From the human T2T-CHM13v2.0 reference genome, Homo sapiens, in NCBI RefSeq assembly GCF_009914755.1, contig NC_060946.1: 64,000 nucleotides of DNA; one strand, written 5' to 3'. Within the stretch, counting starts at the first letter, position 1; each line of letters begins with the position of its first letter. Below the pieces are notes generated by a model. That model had not been told where the DNA came from, ran no database searches, and worked only from the letters and a program-made list of their open reading frames with translations. Made by a program: the position numbers and the translations under genes. Shown piece after piece: positions 52,601 through 64,000 of this stretch.

Positions 52601-53430
52601 AATGCTTCTGTCTAGATTTGATATGAAGATATTCCCGTTTCCAACGAAATCTTCAAATCTATCCAAATGTCCACTTGCAGATTCAACAAAAAGTGTTTTT
52701 CAGAACTGCTCTATCAAAAGAAAGATCCACCTCTGTTAGCTGAGTTCACACATCACAAACAAGTTTATGAGAATGCTTCTGTCTAGTTTTTATTTGAAGA
52801 TATTTCCTTTCTCACCATAGACCTGAAAGCTGTCCTAATGTTCACTTCCAGATACTACAGAAAGAGTGTTTCAAAACTGCTGTACGAAAGGGAATGTTCA
52901 ACTCTGTGACTTGAATGCACACATCACAAAGAAGTTTCTGAGGATGCTGCTGTCTACTTTTTATACGTAATCCCGTTTCCAACGAAATCCTCCAAGCTAT
53001 CCAAATATCCACTTGCAGATTCCACAGAAAGACTGTTTCAAAACTGCTCTGTCAATAGAAAGGTTCAACTCTGTTAGCTGCGTGCATATATCCCAAAGAA
53101 GATTCTGAGATTGCTTCTGTCTAGTTTTTATGGGAAGATATTTCCCTTTTCACCGTAGGCGTCAAGGCGCTCCAAATGTCCACTTCCAGATACTACAAAA
53201 AGAGTGTTTCAAACCTACTCTGTGAAAGCGAATATTCAACTCTGTGACTTGAATGCACATATCACAAAGAAGTTTCTGAGAATGCTTCTGTCGAGATTTT
53301 ATATGAAGATATTCCCGTTTCCAACGAAATCCTGAAATCTATCCAAATATCCCCTCGCAGATTCTACAAAAAGAGTGTTTCAAAACTGCTCTGTAAAAAG
53401 AAAGGTTCAACTCTGTTAGTTGAGTACACA
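46670..53430 (-). repeat. Duplication with 3-HOR offset (4092 bp): ~46670-49340 and ~50760-53430
   Basis: Broken CENP-B box taccg at 46835/50927; tggttttt creating the ORFs at 47211/51303; gagctc at 48395/52487. Confidence 0.88.
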
Positions 53431-56400
53431 CATCACAAACAAGTTTCACAGAATGCTTCTTTCTAGCTTGTAGGGGAAGATATTCCCTTTATCACCATGG
53501 GCCTCCAACCGTCCGAAACGTCCACTTCCATATACTACAAAAAGAGCGTTTCAAACCTGCTCTATGAAAGGCAATGTTCAACTCTGTGACTTGAATGCAG
53601 ACATCACAGAGCAGTTTCTGAGAATGCTTCTGTCTAGATTTTATAGGAAGATATTCCCGTTTCCAACGAAATCTTCACAGCTATCCAAATATCCACTTGC
53701 AGATTCTACAAAAAGAGTGTATCAAAACTGCTCTGTCAAAAGGAAGGTTCTTCTCTGTTAGGTGAGTGCATACGTCATAAAGGAGTTTCTGAGAATGTTT
53801 CTGTCTAGTGGTTATGGGAAGATATTTGCTTTTTCACCGTAGGCCTCAGAGCGCTCCAAATATCCACTTGCACATACTACAAAAAGAGTGCCTCAAAGCT
53901 GCTCTCTGAAACGGAATGTTCAACTCTATGAGTTGAATGCAAACATCACAAAGACGTTTCTGAGAATGCTTCTGTCTAGATTTGATATGAAGATATTCCC
54001 GTTTCCAACGAAATCTTCAAATCTATCCAAATGTCCACTTGCAGATTCAACAAAAAGTGTTTTTCAGAACTGCTCTATCAAAAGAAAGATCCACCTCTGT
54101 TAGCTGAGTTCACACATCACAAACAAGTTTATCAGAATGCTTCTGTCTAGTTTTTATTTGGAGATATTTCCTTTCTCACCATAGACCTGAAAGCTGTCCT
54201 AATGTTCACTTCCAGATACTACAGAAAGAGTGTTTCAAAACTGCTGTACGAAAGGGAATGTTCAACTCTGTGACTTGAATGCACACATCACAAAGAAGTT
54301 TCTGAGGATGCTGCTGTCTACTTTTTATACGTAATCCCGTTTCCAACGAAATCCTCCAAGCTATCCAAATATCCACTTGCAGATTCCACAGAAAGACTGT
54401 TTCAAAACTGCTCTGTCAATAGAAAGGTTCACCTCTGTTAGCTGCGTGCATATATCCCAAAGAAGATTCTGAGATTGCTTCTGTCTAGTTTTTATGGGAA
54501 GATATTTCCCTTTTCACCGTAGGCGTCAAGGCGCTCCAAATGTCCACTTCCAGATACTACAAAAAGAGTGTTTCAAACCTACTCTGTGAAAGCGAATATT
54601 CAACTCTGTGACTTGAATGCACATATCACAAAGAAGTTTCTGAGAATGCTTCTGTCGAGATTTTATATGAAGATATTCCCGTTTCCAACGAAATCCTGAA
54701 ATCTATCCAAATATCCCCTCGCAGATTCTACAAAAAGAGTGTTTCAAAACTGCTCTGTAAAAAGAAAGGTTCAACTCTGTTAGTTGAGTACACACATCTC
54801 AAACAAGTTTCACAGAATGCTTCTTTCTAGCTTGTAGGGGAAGATATTCCCTTTACCACCATGGTCCTCAAACCGTCCGAAACGTCCACTTCCATATACT
54901 ACAAAAAGAGCGTTTCAAACCTGCTCTAGGAAAGGCAATGTTCAACTCTGTGACTTGAATGCAGACATCACAGAGCAGTTTCTGAGAATGCTTCTGTCTA
55001 GATTTTATAGGAAGATATTCCCGTTTCCAACGAAATCTTCACAGCTATCCAAATATCCACTTGCAGATTCTACAAAAAGAGTGTATCAAAACTGCTCTGT
55101 CAAAAGGAAGGTTCTTCTCTGTTAGGTGAGTGCATACGTCATAAAGGAGTTTCTGAGAATGTTTCTGTCTAGTGGTTATGGGAAGATATTTGCTTTTTCA
55201 CCGTAGGCCTCAGAGCGCTCCAAATATCCACTTGCACATACTACAAAAAGAGTGCCTCAAAGCTGCTCTCTGAAACGGAATGTTCAACTCTATGAGTTGA
55301 ATGCAAACATCACAAAGACGTTTCTGAGAATGCTTCTGTCTAGATTTGATATGAAGATATTCCCGTTTCCAACGAAATCTTCAAATCTATCCAAATGTCC
55401 ACTTGCATAATCAACAAAAAGTGTTTTTCAGAACTGCTCTATCAAAAGAAAGATCCACCTCTGTTAGCTGAGTTCACACATCACAAACAAGTTTATGAGA
55501 ATGCTTCTGTCTAGTTTTTATTTGAAGATATTTCCTTTCTCACCATAGACCTGAAAGCTGTCCTAATGTTCACTTCCAGATACTACAGAAAGAGTGTTTC
55601 AAAACTGCTGTACGAAAGGGAATGTTCAACTCTGTGACTTGAATGCACACATCACAAAGAAGTTTCTGAGGATGCTGCTGTCTACTTTTTATACGTAATC
55701 CCGTTTCCAACGAAATCCTCCAAGCTATCCAAATATCCACTTGCAGATTCCACAGAAAGACTGTTTCAAAACTGCTCTGTCAATAGAAAGGTTCAACTCT
55801 GTTAGCTGCGTGCATATATCCCAAAGAAGATTCTGAGATTGCTTCTGTCTAGTTTTTATGGGAAGATATTTCCCTTTTCACCGTAGGCGTCAAGGCGCTC
55901 CAAATGTCCACTTCCAGATACTACAAAAAGAGTGTTTCAAACCTACTCTGTGAAAGGGAATATTCAACTCTGTGACTTGAATGCACATATCACAAAGAAG
56001 TTTCTGATAATGCTTCTGTCGAGATTTTATATGAAGATATTCCCGTTTCCAACGAAATCCTGAAATCTATCCAAATATCCCCTCGCAGATTCTACAAAAA
56101 GAGTGTTTCAAAACTGCTCTGTAAAAAGAAAGGTTCAACTCTGTTAGTTGAGTACACACATCACAAACAAGTTTCACAGAATGCTTCTTTCTAGCTTGTA
56201 GGGGAAGATATTCCCTTTATCACCATGGGCCTCCAACCGTCCGAAACGTCCACTTCCATATACTACAAAAAGAGCGTTTCAAACCTGCTCTATGAAAGGC
56301 AATGTTCAACTCTGTGACTTGAATGCAGACATCACAGAGCAGTTTCTGAGAATGCTTCTGTCTAGATTTTATAGGAAGATATTCCCGTTTCCAACGAAAT

Positions 56401-59342
56401 CTTCACAGCTATCCAAATATCCACTTGCAGATTCTACAAAAAGAGTGTATCAAAACTGCTCTGTCAAAAGGAAGGTTCTTCTCTGTTAGGTGAGTGCATA
56501 CGTCATAAAGGAGTTTCTGAGAATGTTTCTGTCTAGTGGTTATGGGAAGATATTTGCTTTTTCACCGTAGGCCTCAGAGCGCTCCAAATATCCACTTGCA
56601 CATACTACAAAAAGAGTGCCTCAAAGCTGCTCTTTGAAACGGAATGTTCAACTCTATGAGTTGAATGCAAACATCACAAAGACGTTTCTGAGAATGCTTC
56701 TGTCTAGATTTGATATGAAGATATTCCCGTTTCCAACGAAATCTTCAAATCTATCCAAATGTCCACTTGCAGATTCAACAAAAAGTGTTTTTCAGAACTG
56801 CTCTATCAAAAGAAAGATCCACCTCTGTTAGCTGAGTTCACACATCACAAACAAGTTTATGAGAATGCTTCTGTCTAGTTTTTATTTGAAGATATTTCCT
56901 TTCTCACCATAGACCTGAAAGCTGTCCTAATGTTCACTTCCAGATACTACAGAAAGAGTGTTTCAAAACTGCTGTATGAAAGGGAATGTTCAACTCTGTG
57001 ACTTGAATGCACACATCACAAAGAAGTTTCTGAGGATGCTGCTGTCTACTTTTTATATGTAATCCCGTTTCCAACGAAATCCTCCAAGCTATCCAAATAT
57101 CCACTTGCAGATTCCACAGAAAGACTGTTTCAAAACTGCTCTGTCAATAGAAAGGTACAACTCTGTTAGCTGCGTGCATATATCCCAAAGAAGATTCTGA
57201 GATTGCTTCTGTCTAGTTTTTATGGGAAGATATTTCCCTTTTCACCGTAGGCGTCAAGGCGCTCCAAATGTCCACTTCCAGATACTACAAAAAGAGTGTT
57301 TCAAACCTACTCTGTGAAAGGGAATATTCAACTCTGTGACTTGAATGCAGATATCACAAAGAAGTTTCTGATAATGCTTCTGTCGAGATTTTATATGAAG
57401 ATATTCCCGTTTCCAACGAAATCCTGAAATCTATCCAAATATCCCCTCGCAGATTCTACAAAAAGAGTGTTTCAAAACTGCTCTGTAAAAAGAAAGGTTC
57501 AACTCTGTTAGTTGAGTACACACATAACAAACAAGTTTCACAGAATGCTTCTTTCTAGCTTGTAGGGGAAGATATTCCCTTTATCACCATGGGCCTCCAA
57601 CCGTCCGAAACATCCACTTCCATATACTACAAAAAGAGCGTTTCAAACCTGCTCTATGAAAGGCAATGTTCAACTCTGTGACTTGAATGCAGACATCACA
57701 GAGCAGTTTCTGAGAATGCTTCTGTCTAGATTTTATAGGAAGATATTCCCGTTTCCAAGGAAATCTTCACAGCTATCCAAATATCCACTTGCAGATTCTA
57801 CAAAAAGAGTGTATCAAAACTGCTCTGTCAAAAGGAAGGTTCTTCTCTGTTAGGTGAGTGCATACGTCATAAAGGAGTTTCTGAGAATGTTTCTGTCTAG
57901 TGGTTATGGGAAGATATTTGCTTTTTCACCGTAGGCCTCAGAGCGCTCCAAATATCCACTTGCACATACTACAAAAAGAGTGCCTCAAAGCTGCTCTCTG
58001 AAACGGAATGTTCAACTCTATGAGTTGAATGCAAACATCACAAAGACGTTTCTGAGAATGCTTCTGTCTAGATTTGATATGAAGATATTCCCGTTTCCAA
58101 CGAAATCTTCAAATCTATCCAAATGTCCACTTGCAGATTCAACAAAAAGTGTTTTTCAGAACTTCTCTATCAAAAGAAAGATCCACCTCTGTTAGCTGAG
58201 TTCACACATCAGAAACAAGTTTATGAGAATGCTTCTGTCTAGTTTTTATTTGAAGATATTTCCTTTCTCACCATAGACCTGAAAGCTGTCCTAATGTTCA
58301 CTCCCAGATAATACAGAAAGAGTGTTTCAAAACTGCTGTACGAAAGGAATGTTCAACTCTGTGACTTGAATGCACACATCACAAAGAAGTTTCTGAGGAT
58401 GCTGCTGTCTACTTTTTATACGTAATCCCGTTTCCAACGAAGTCCTCCAATCTATCCAAATATCCACTTGCAGATTCCACAGAAAGACTGTTTGAAAACT
58501 GCTCTGTCAATAGAAAGGTTAAACTCTGTTAGCTGCGTGCATATATCCCAAAGAAGATTCTGAGATTGCTTCTGTCTAGTTTTTATGGGAAGATATTTCC
58601 CTTTTCACCGTAGGCGTCAAGGCGCTCCAAATGTCCACTTCCAGATACTACAAAAAGAGTGTTTCAAACCTACTCTGTGGAAGGGAATATTCAACTCTGT
58701 GACTTGAATGCAGATATCACAAAGAAGTTTCTGAGAATGCTTCCGTCGAGATTTTATATGAAGATATTCCCGTTTCCAACGAAATCCTGAAATCTATCCA
58801 AATATCCCCTCGCAGATTCCACAAAAAGAGTGTTTCAACACTGCTCTGTAAAAAGAAAGGTTCAACTCTGTTAGTTGAGTACACACATCACAAACAAGTT
58901 TCACAGAATGCTTCTTTCTAGCTTGTAGGGGAAGATATTTCCTTTATCACCATGGTCCTCAAACCGTCCGAAACGTCCACTTCCATATACTAAAAAAAGA
59001 GTGTTTCAAACCTGCTCTATGAAAGGCAATGTTCAACTCTGTGACTTGAATGCAGACATCACAGAGCAGTTTCTGAGAATGCTTCTGTCCAGACTTTATA
59101 GGAAGATATTCCCGTTTCCAACGAAATCTTCACAGCTATCCAAATATCCACTTGCAGATAGTACAAAAAGAGTGTATCAAAAATGCTCTGTCAAAAGGAA
59201 AGTTCTTCTCTGCTAGTTGAGTACATACGTCATAAAGAAGTTTCTGAGAATGTTCCTGTCTAGTGGTTATGGGAAGATACTTGCTTTTTCCCCGTAGGCC
59301 TCAAAGCGCTCCAAATGTCCACTTGTACATACTACAAAAAGA

Positions 59343-60368
59343 GTGCTTCAAAGCTGCTCTCTGAAAGGGAATGTTCAACTCTATGAGTTGAATGCTAACA
59401 TCACAAAGACGTTTCTGAGAATGCTTCTGTCTAGATTTAATATGAAGATATTCCCGTTTCCAACGAAATCTTCAAATCTATCCAAATGTCCACTTGCAGA
59501 TTCAACAAAAAGTGTTTTTCAGAACTGCTCTTTCAAAAGAAAGATCCAGGTCTCTTAGCTGAGTTCACACATCACAAACAAGTTTATGAGAATGCTTCTG
59601 TCTAGTTTTTATTTGAAGATATTTCCTTTCTCACCATAGATCTGAAAGCTGTCCTAATGTTCACTTCCAGATACTACAGAAAGAGTGTTTCAAAACTGCT
59701 GTACGAAAGGGAATGTTCAACTCTGTGACTTGAATGCACATATCACAAAGAAGCTTCTGAGAATGCTTCTGTCGAGATTTTATATAAAGATATTCCCGTT
59801 TCCAACGAAATCCTGAAATCTATCCAAATATCCCCTCGCAGATTCTACAAAAAGAGTGTTTCAAAACTGCTCTGTAAAAAGAAAGGTTCAACTCTGTTAG
59901 TTGAGTACACACATCACAAACAAGTTTCACAGAATGCTTCTTTCTAGCTTGTAGGGGAAGATATTCCCTTTATCACCATGGGCCTCAAACCGTCCGAAAC
60001 GTCCACTTCCATATACTACAAAAAGAGCGTTTCAAACCTGCTCTAGGAAAGGCAATGTTCAACTCTGTGACTTGAATGCAGACATCACAGAGCAGTTTCT
60101 GAGAATGCTTCTGTCTAGATTTTATAGGAAGATATTCCCGTTTCCAACGAAATCTTCACAGCTATCCAAATATCCACTTGCAGATTCTACAAAAAGAGTG
60201 TATCAAAGCTGCTCTGTCAAAAGGAAGGTTCTTCTCTGTTAGGTGAGTGCATACGTCATAAAGCAGTTTCTGAGAATGTTTCTGTCTAGTGGTTATGGGA
60301 AGATATTTGCTTTTTCACCGTAGGCCACAGAGCGATCAAAATATCCACTTGCACATACTACAAAAAGA
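59343..60368 (-). repeat. 6-mer HOR structural variant (1026 bp; 338-bp, two-monomer deletion) with a hybrid monomer
   Basis: Equivalent positions 59343 and 60369 are 1026 bp apart. gtacgaaagggaatg joins directly to ...cacatatcac...gtcgaga, and the gaggatgctgctg / gctgcgtgc monomers are missing. Confidence 0.96.
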
Positions 60369-63300
60369 GTGCTTCAAAGCTGCTCTCTGAAAGTGAATGT
60401 TCAACTCTATGAGTTGAATGCAAACATCACAAAGACGTTTCTGAGAATGCTTCTGTCTAGATTTGATATGAAGATATTCCCGTTTCCAACGAAATCTTCA
60501 AATCTATCCAAATGTCCACTTGCAGATTCAACAAAAAGTGTTTTTCAAAACTGCTGTATCAAAAGAAAGATCCACGTCTGTTAGCTGAGTTCACACATCA
60601 CAAACAAGTTTATGAGAATGCTTCTGTCTAGTTTTTATTTGAAGATATTTCCTTTCTCACCATAGACCTGAAAGCTGTCCTAATGTTCACTTCCAGATGC
60701 TACAGAAAGAGTGTTTCAAAACTGCTGTACGAAAGGGAATGTTCAACTCTGTGACTTGAATGCACACATCACAAAGAAGTTTCTGAGGATGCTGCTGTCT
60801 ACTTTTTATACGTAATCCCGTTTCCAACGAAATCCTCCAAGCTATCCAAATATCCACTTGCAGATTCCACAGAAAGACTGTTTCAAAACTGCTCTGTCAA
60901 TAGAAAGGTTCAACTCTGTTAGCTGCGTGCATATATCCCAAAGAAGATTCTGAGATTGCTTCTGTCTACTTTTTATGAGAAGATATTTCCCTTTTCACCG
61001 TAGGCGTCAAGGCGCTCCAAATGTCCACTTCCAGATACTACAAAAAGAGTGTTTCAAACCTACTCTGTGAAAGGGAATATTCAACTCTGTGACTTGAATG
61101 CACATATCACAAAGAAGTTTCTGAGAATGCTTCTGTCGAGATTTTATAGGAAGATATTCCCGTTTCCAATGAAATCCTGAAATCTATCCAAATATCCCCT
61201 CGCAGATTCTACAAAAAGAGTGTTTCAAAACTGCTCTGTAAAAAGAAAGGTTCAACTCTGTTAGTTGAGTACACACATCACAAACAAGTTTCACAGAATG
61301 CTTCTTTCTAGCTTGTAGGGGAAGATATTCCCTTTATCACCATGGGCCTCAAACCGTCCGAAACGTCCACTTCCATATACTACAAAAAGAGCGTTTCAAA
61401 CCTGCTCTAGGAAAGGCAATGTTCAACTCTGTGACTTGAATGCAGACATCACAGAGCAGTTTCTGAGAATGCTTCTGTCTAGATTTTATAGGAAGATATT
61501 CCCGTTTCCAACGAAATCTTCACAGCTATCCAAATATGCACTTGCAGATTCTACAAAAAGAGTGTATCAAAACTGCTCTGTCAAAAGGAAGGTTCTTCTC
61601 TGTTAGTTGAGTACATACGTCATAAAGGAGTTTCTGAGAATGTTTCTGTCTAGTGGTTATGGGAAGATATTTGCTTTTTCACCTTAGGCCTCAGAGCGCT
61701 CCAAATATCCCCTTGCACATACTACAAAAAGAGTGCTTCAAAGCTGCTCTCTGAAAGGGAATCTTCAACTCTATGAGTTGAATGCCAACATCACAAAGAC
61801 GTTTCTGAGAATGCTTCTGTCTAGATTTGATATGAAGATATTCCCGTTTCCAACGAAATCTTCAAATCTATCCAAATGTCCACTTGCAGATTCAACAAAA
61901 AGTGTTTTTCAGAACTGCTCTATCAAAAGAAAGATCCACCTCTGTTAGCTGAGTTCACACATCACAAACAAGTTTATGAGAATGCTTCTGTCTAGTTTTT
62001 ATTTGAAGATATTTCCTTTCTCACCATAGACCTGAAAGCTGTCCTAATGTTCACTTCCAGATACTACAGAAAGAGTGTTTCAAAACTGCTGTACGAAAGG
62101 GAATGTTCAACTCTGTGACTTGAATGCACACATCACAAAGAAGTTTCTGAGGATGCTGCTGTCTACTTTTTATACGTAATCCCGTTTCCAACGAAATCCT
62201 CCAAGCTATCCAAATATCCACTTGCAGATTCCACAGAAAGACTGTTTCAAAACTGCTCTGTCAATAGAAAGGTTCAACTCTGTTAGCTGCGTGCATATAT
62301 CCCAAAGAAGATTCTGAGATTGCTTCTGTCTACTTTTTATGAGAAGATATTTCCCTTTTCACCGTAGGCGTCAAGGCGCTCCAAATGTCCACTTCCAGAT
62401 ACTACAAAAAGAGTGTTTCAAACCTACTCTGTGAAAGGGAATATTCAACTCTGTGACTTGAATGCACATATCACAAAGAAGCTTCTGAGAATGCTTCTGT
62501 CGAGATTTTATATGAAGATATACCCGTTTCCAACGAAATCCTGAAATCTATCCAAATATCCCCTCGCAGATTCTACAAAAAGAGTGTTTCAAAACTGCTC
62601 TGTAAAAAGAAAGGTTCAACTCTGTTAGTTGAGTACACACATCACAAACAAGTTTCACAGAATGCTTCTTTCTAGCTTGTAGGGGAAGATATTCCCTTTA
62701 TCACCATGGGCCTCAAACCGTCCGAAACGTCCACTTCCATATACTACAAAAAGAGCGTTTCAAACCTGCTCTAGGAAAGGCAATGTTCAACTCTGTGACT
62801 TGAATGCAGACATCACAGAGCAGTTTCTGAGAATGCTTCTGTCTAGATTTTATAGGAAGATATTCCCGTTTCCAACGAAATCTTCACAGCTATCCAAATA
62901 TCCACTTGCAGATTCTACAAAAAGAGTGTATCAAAAGTGCTCTGTCAAAAGGAAGGTTCTTCTCTGTTAGGTGAGTGCATACGTCATAAAGGAGTTTCTG
63001 AGAATGTTTCTGTCTAGTGGTTATGGGAAGATATTTGCTTTTTCACCGTAGGCCTCAGAGCGCTCCAAATATCCACTTGCACATACTACAAAAAGAGTGC
63101 CTCAAAGCTGCTCTCTGAAACGGAATGTTCAACTCTATGAGTTGAATGCAAACATCACAAAGACGTTTCTGAGAATGTTTCTGTCTAGATTTTATATGAA
63201 GATATTCCCGTTTCCAACGAAATCTTCAAATCTATCCAAATGTCCACTTGCAGATTCAACAAAAAGTGTTTTTCAGAACTGCTCTATCAAAAGAAAGATC

Positions 63301-64000
63301 CACCTCTGTTAGCTGAGTTCACACATCACAAACAAGTTTATGAGAATGCTTCTGTCTAGTTTTTATTTGAAGATATTTCCTTTCTCACCATAGACCTGAA
63401 AGCTGTCCTAATGTTCACTTCCAGATACTACAGAAAGAGTGTTTCAAAACTGCTGTACGAAAGGGAATGTTCATCTCTGTGACTTGAATGCACACATCAC
63501 AAAGAAGTTTCTGAGGATGCTGCTGTCTACTTTTTATACGTAATCCCGTTTCCAACGAAATCCTCCAAGCTATCCAAATATCCACTTGCAGATTCCACAG
63601 AAAGACTGTTTCAAAACTGCTCTGTCAATAGAAAGGTTCAACTCTGTTAGCTGCGTGCATATATCCCAAAGAAGATTCTGAGATTGCTTCTGTCTAGTTT
63701 TTATGGGAAGATATTTCCCTTTTCACCGCAGGCGTCAAGGCGCTCCAAATGTCCACTTCCAGATACTACAAAAAGAGTGTTTCAAACCTACTCTGTGAAA
63801 GGGAATATTCAACTCTGTGACTTGAATGCAGATATCACAAAGAAGTTTCTGAGAATGCTTCTGTCGAGATTTTATATGAAGATATTCCCGTTTCCAATGA
63901 AATCCTGAAATCTATCCAAATATCCCCTCGCAGATTCTACAAAAAGAGTGTTTCAAAACTGCTCTGTAAAAAGAAAGGTTCAACTCTGTTAGTTGAGTAC

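Larger units (their letters stand above)
1..64000 (-). repeat. Alpha-satellite higher-order repeat array, 8-mer (1364 bp), SF2 dimeric type, about 47 HOR copies
   Basis: Alphoid motifs (gtttctgagaatgcttctgtctag, ttcaactctgtgacttgaatgca, aaaagagtgtttcaaaactgctct) recur every ~171 bp. Equivalent ORF starts step by 1364 bp (2065, 3429; 27972, 29336, 30700, 32064 etc.). CENP-B boxes fall in alternate monomers. No non-alphoid sequence or strand switch seen. Confidence 0.99.

Noticed and set aside
379-63908. Recurrent 65-113 aa ORFs (MKGNVQLCD..., M[L/P]QSCSLK...)
   Set aside because: They are translations of the satellite, repeat at the HOR period, often start at GTG/TTG, and appear or vanish with single substitutions. 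There is no sign of coding constraint; they were useful only as variant markers.
1-64000. CRISPR-like array (conserved 17-bp motif at regular spacing)
   Set aside because: The intervening sequence is itself repeated rather than unique spacers, there are no cas genes, and the motif is the CENP-B box.
1-64000. L1/Alu insertion or inversion
   Set aside because: The HOR register is fully accounted for by 1364-bp steps, small deletions and one 338-bp deletion. No foreign sequence, poly-A tail or strand switch was seen.

Overview
The whole 64 kb is primate (almost certainly human) centromeric alpha-satellite DNA. It is one uninterrupted head-to-tail array in a single orientation, with the conventional consensus reading on the minus strand. 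The ~171-bp monomers form a 1364-bp 8-monomer higher-order repeat (HOR), about 47 copies. CENP-B boxes (TTTCGTTGGAAACGGGA, minus strand) lie in every second monomer and alternate with pJ-alpha-type monomers, the dimeric suprachromosomal family 2 (SF2) pattern. My best guess is the chr14/22 live array (D14Z9/D22Z1, S2C14/22H1L). I find no genes, transposons or inversions, and the ORF track is a by-product of the repeat. I see no new biological system. The informative signal is in the variants: (i) a homogeneous young core (~19.5-58.2 kb) between two more diverged flanks that share a haplotype; (ii) an incipient 16-mer (2-HOR) periodicity with several nested multi-HOR duplications; (iii) one 6-mer deletion variant with a mappable 25-bp crossover; (iv) CENP-B box damage concentrated in the flanks; (v) many adjacent double substitutions. 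All variant calls and counts were made by eye and need alignment to confirm.
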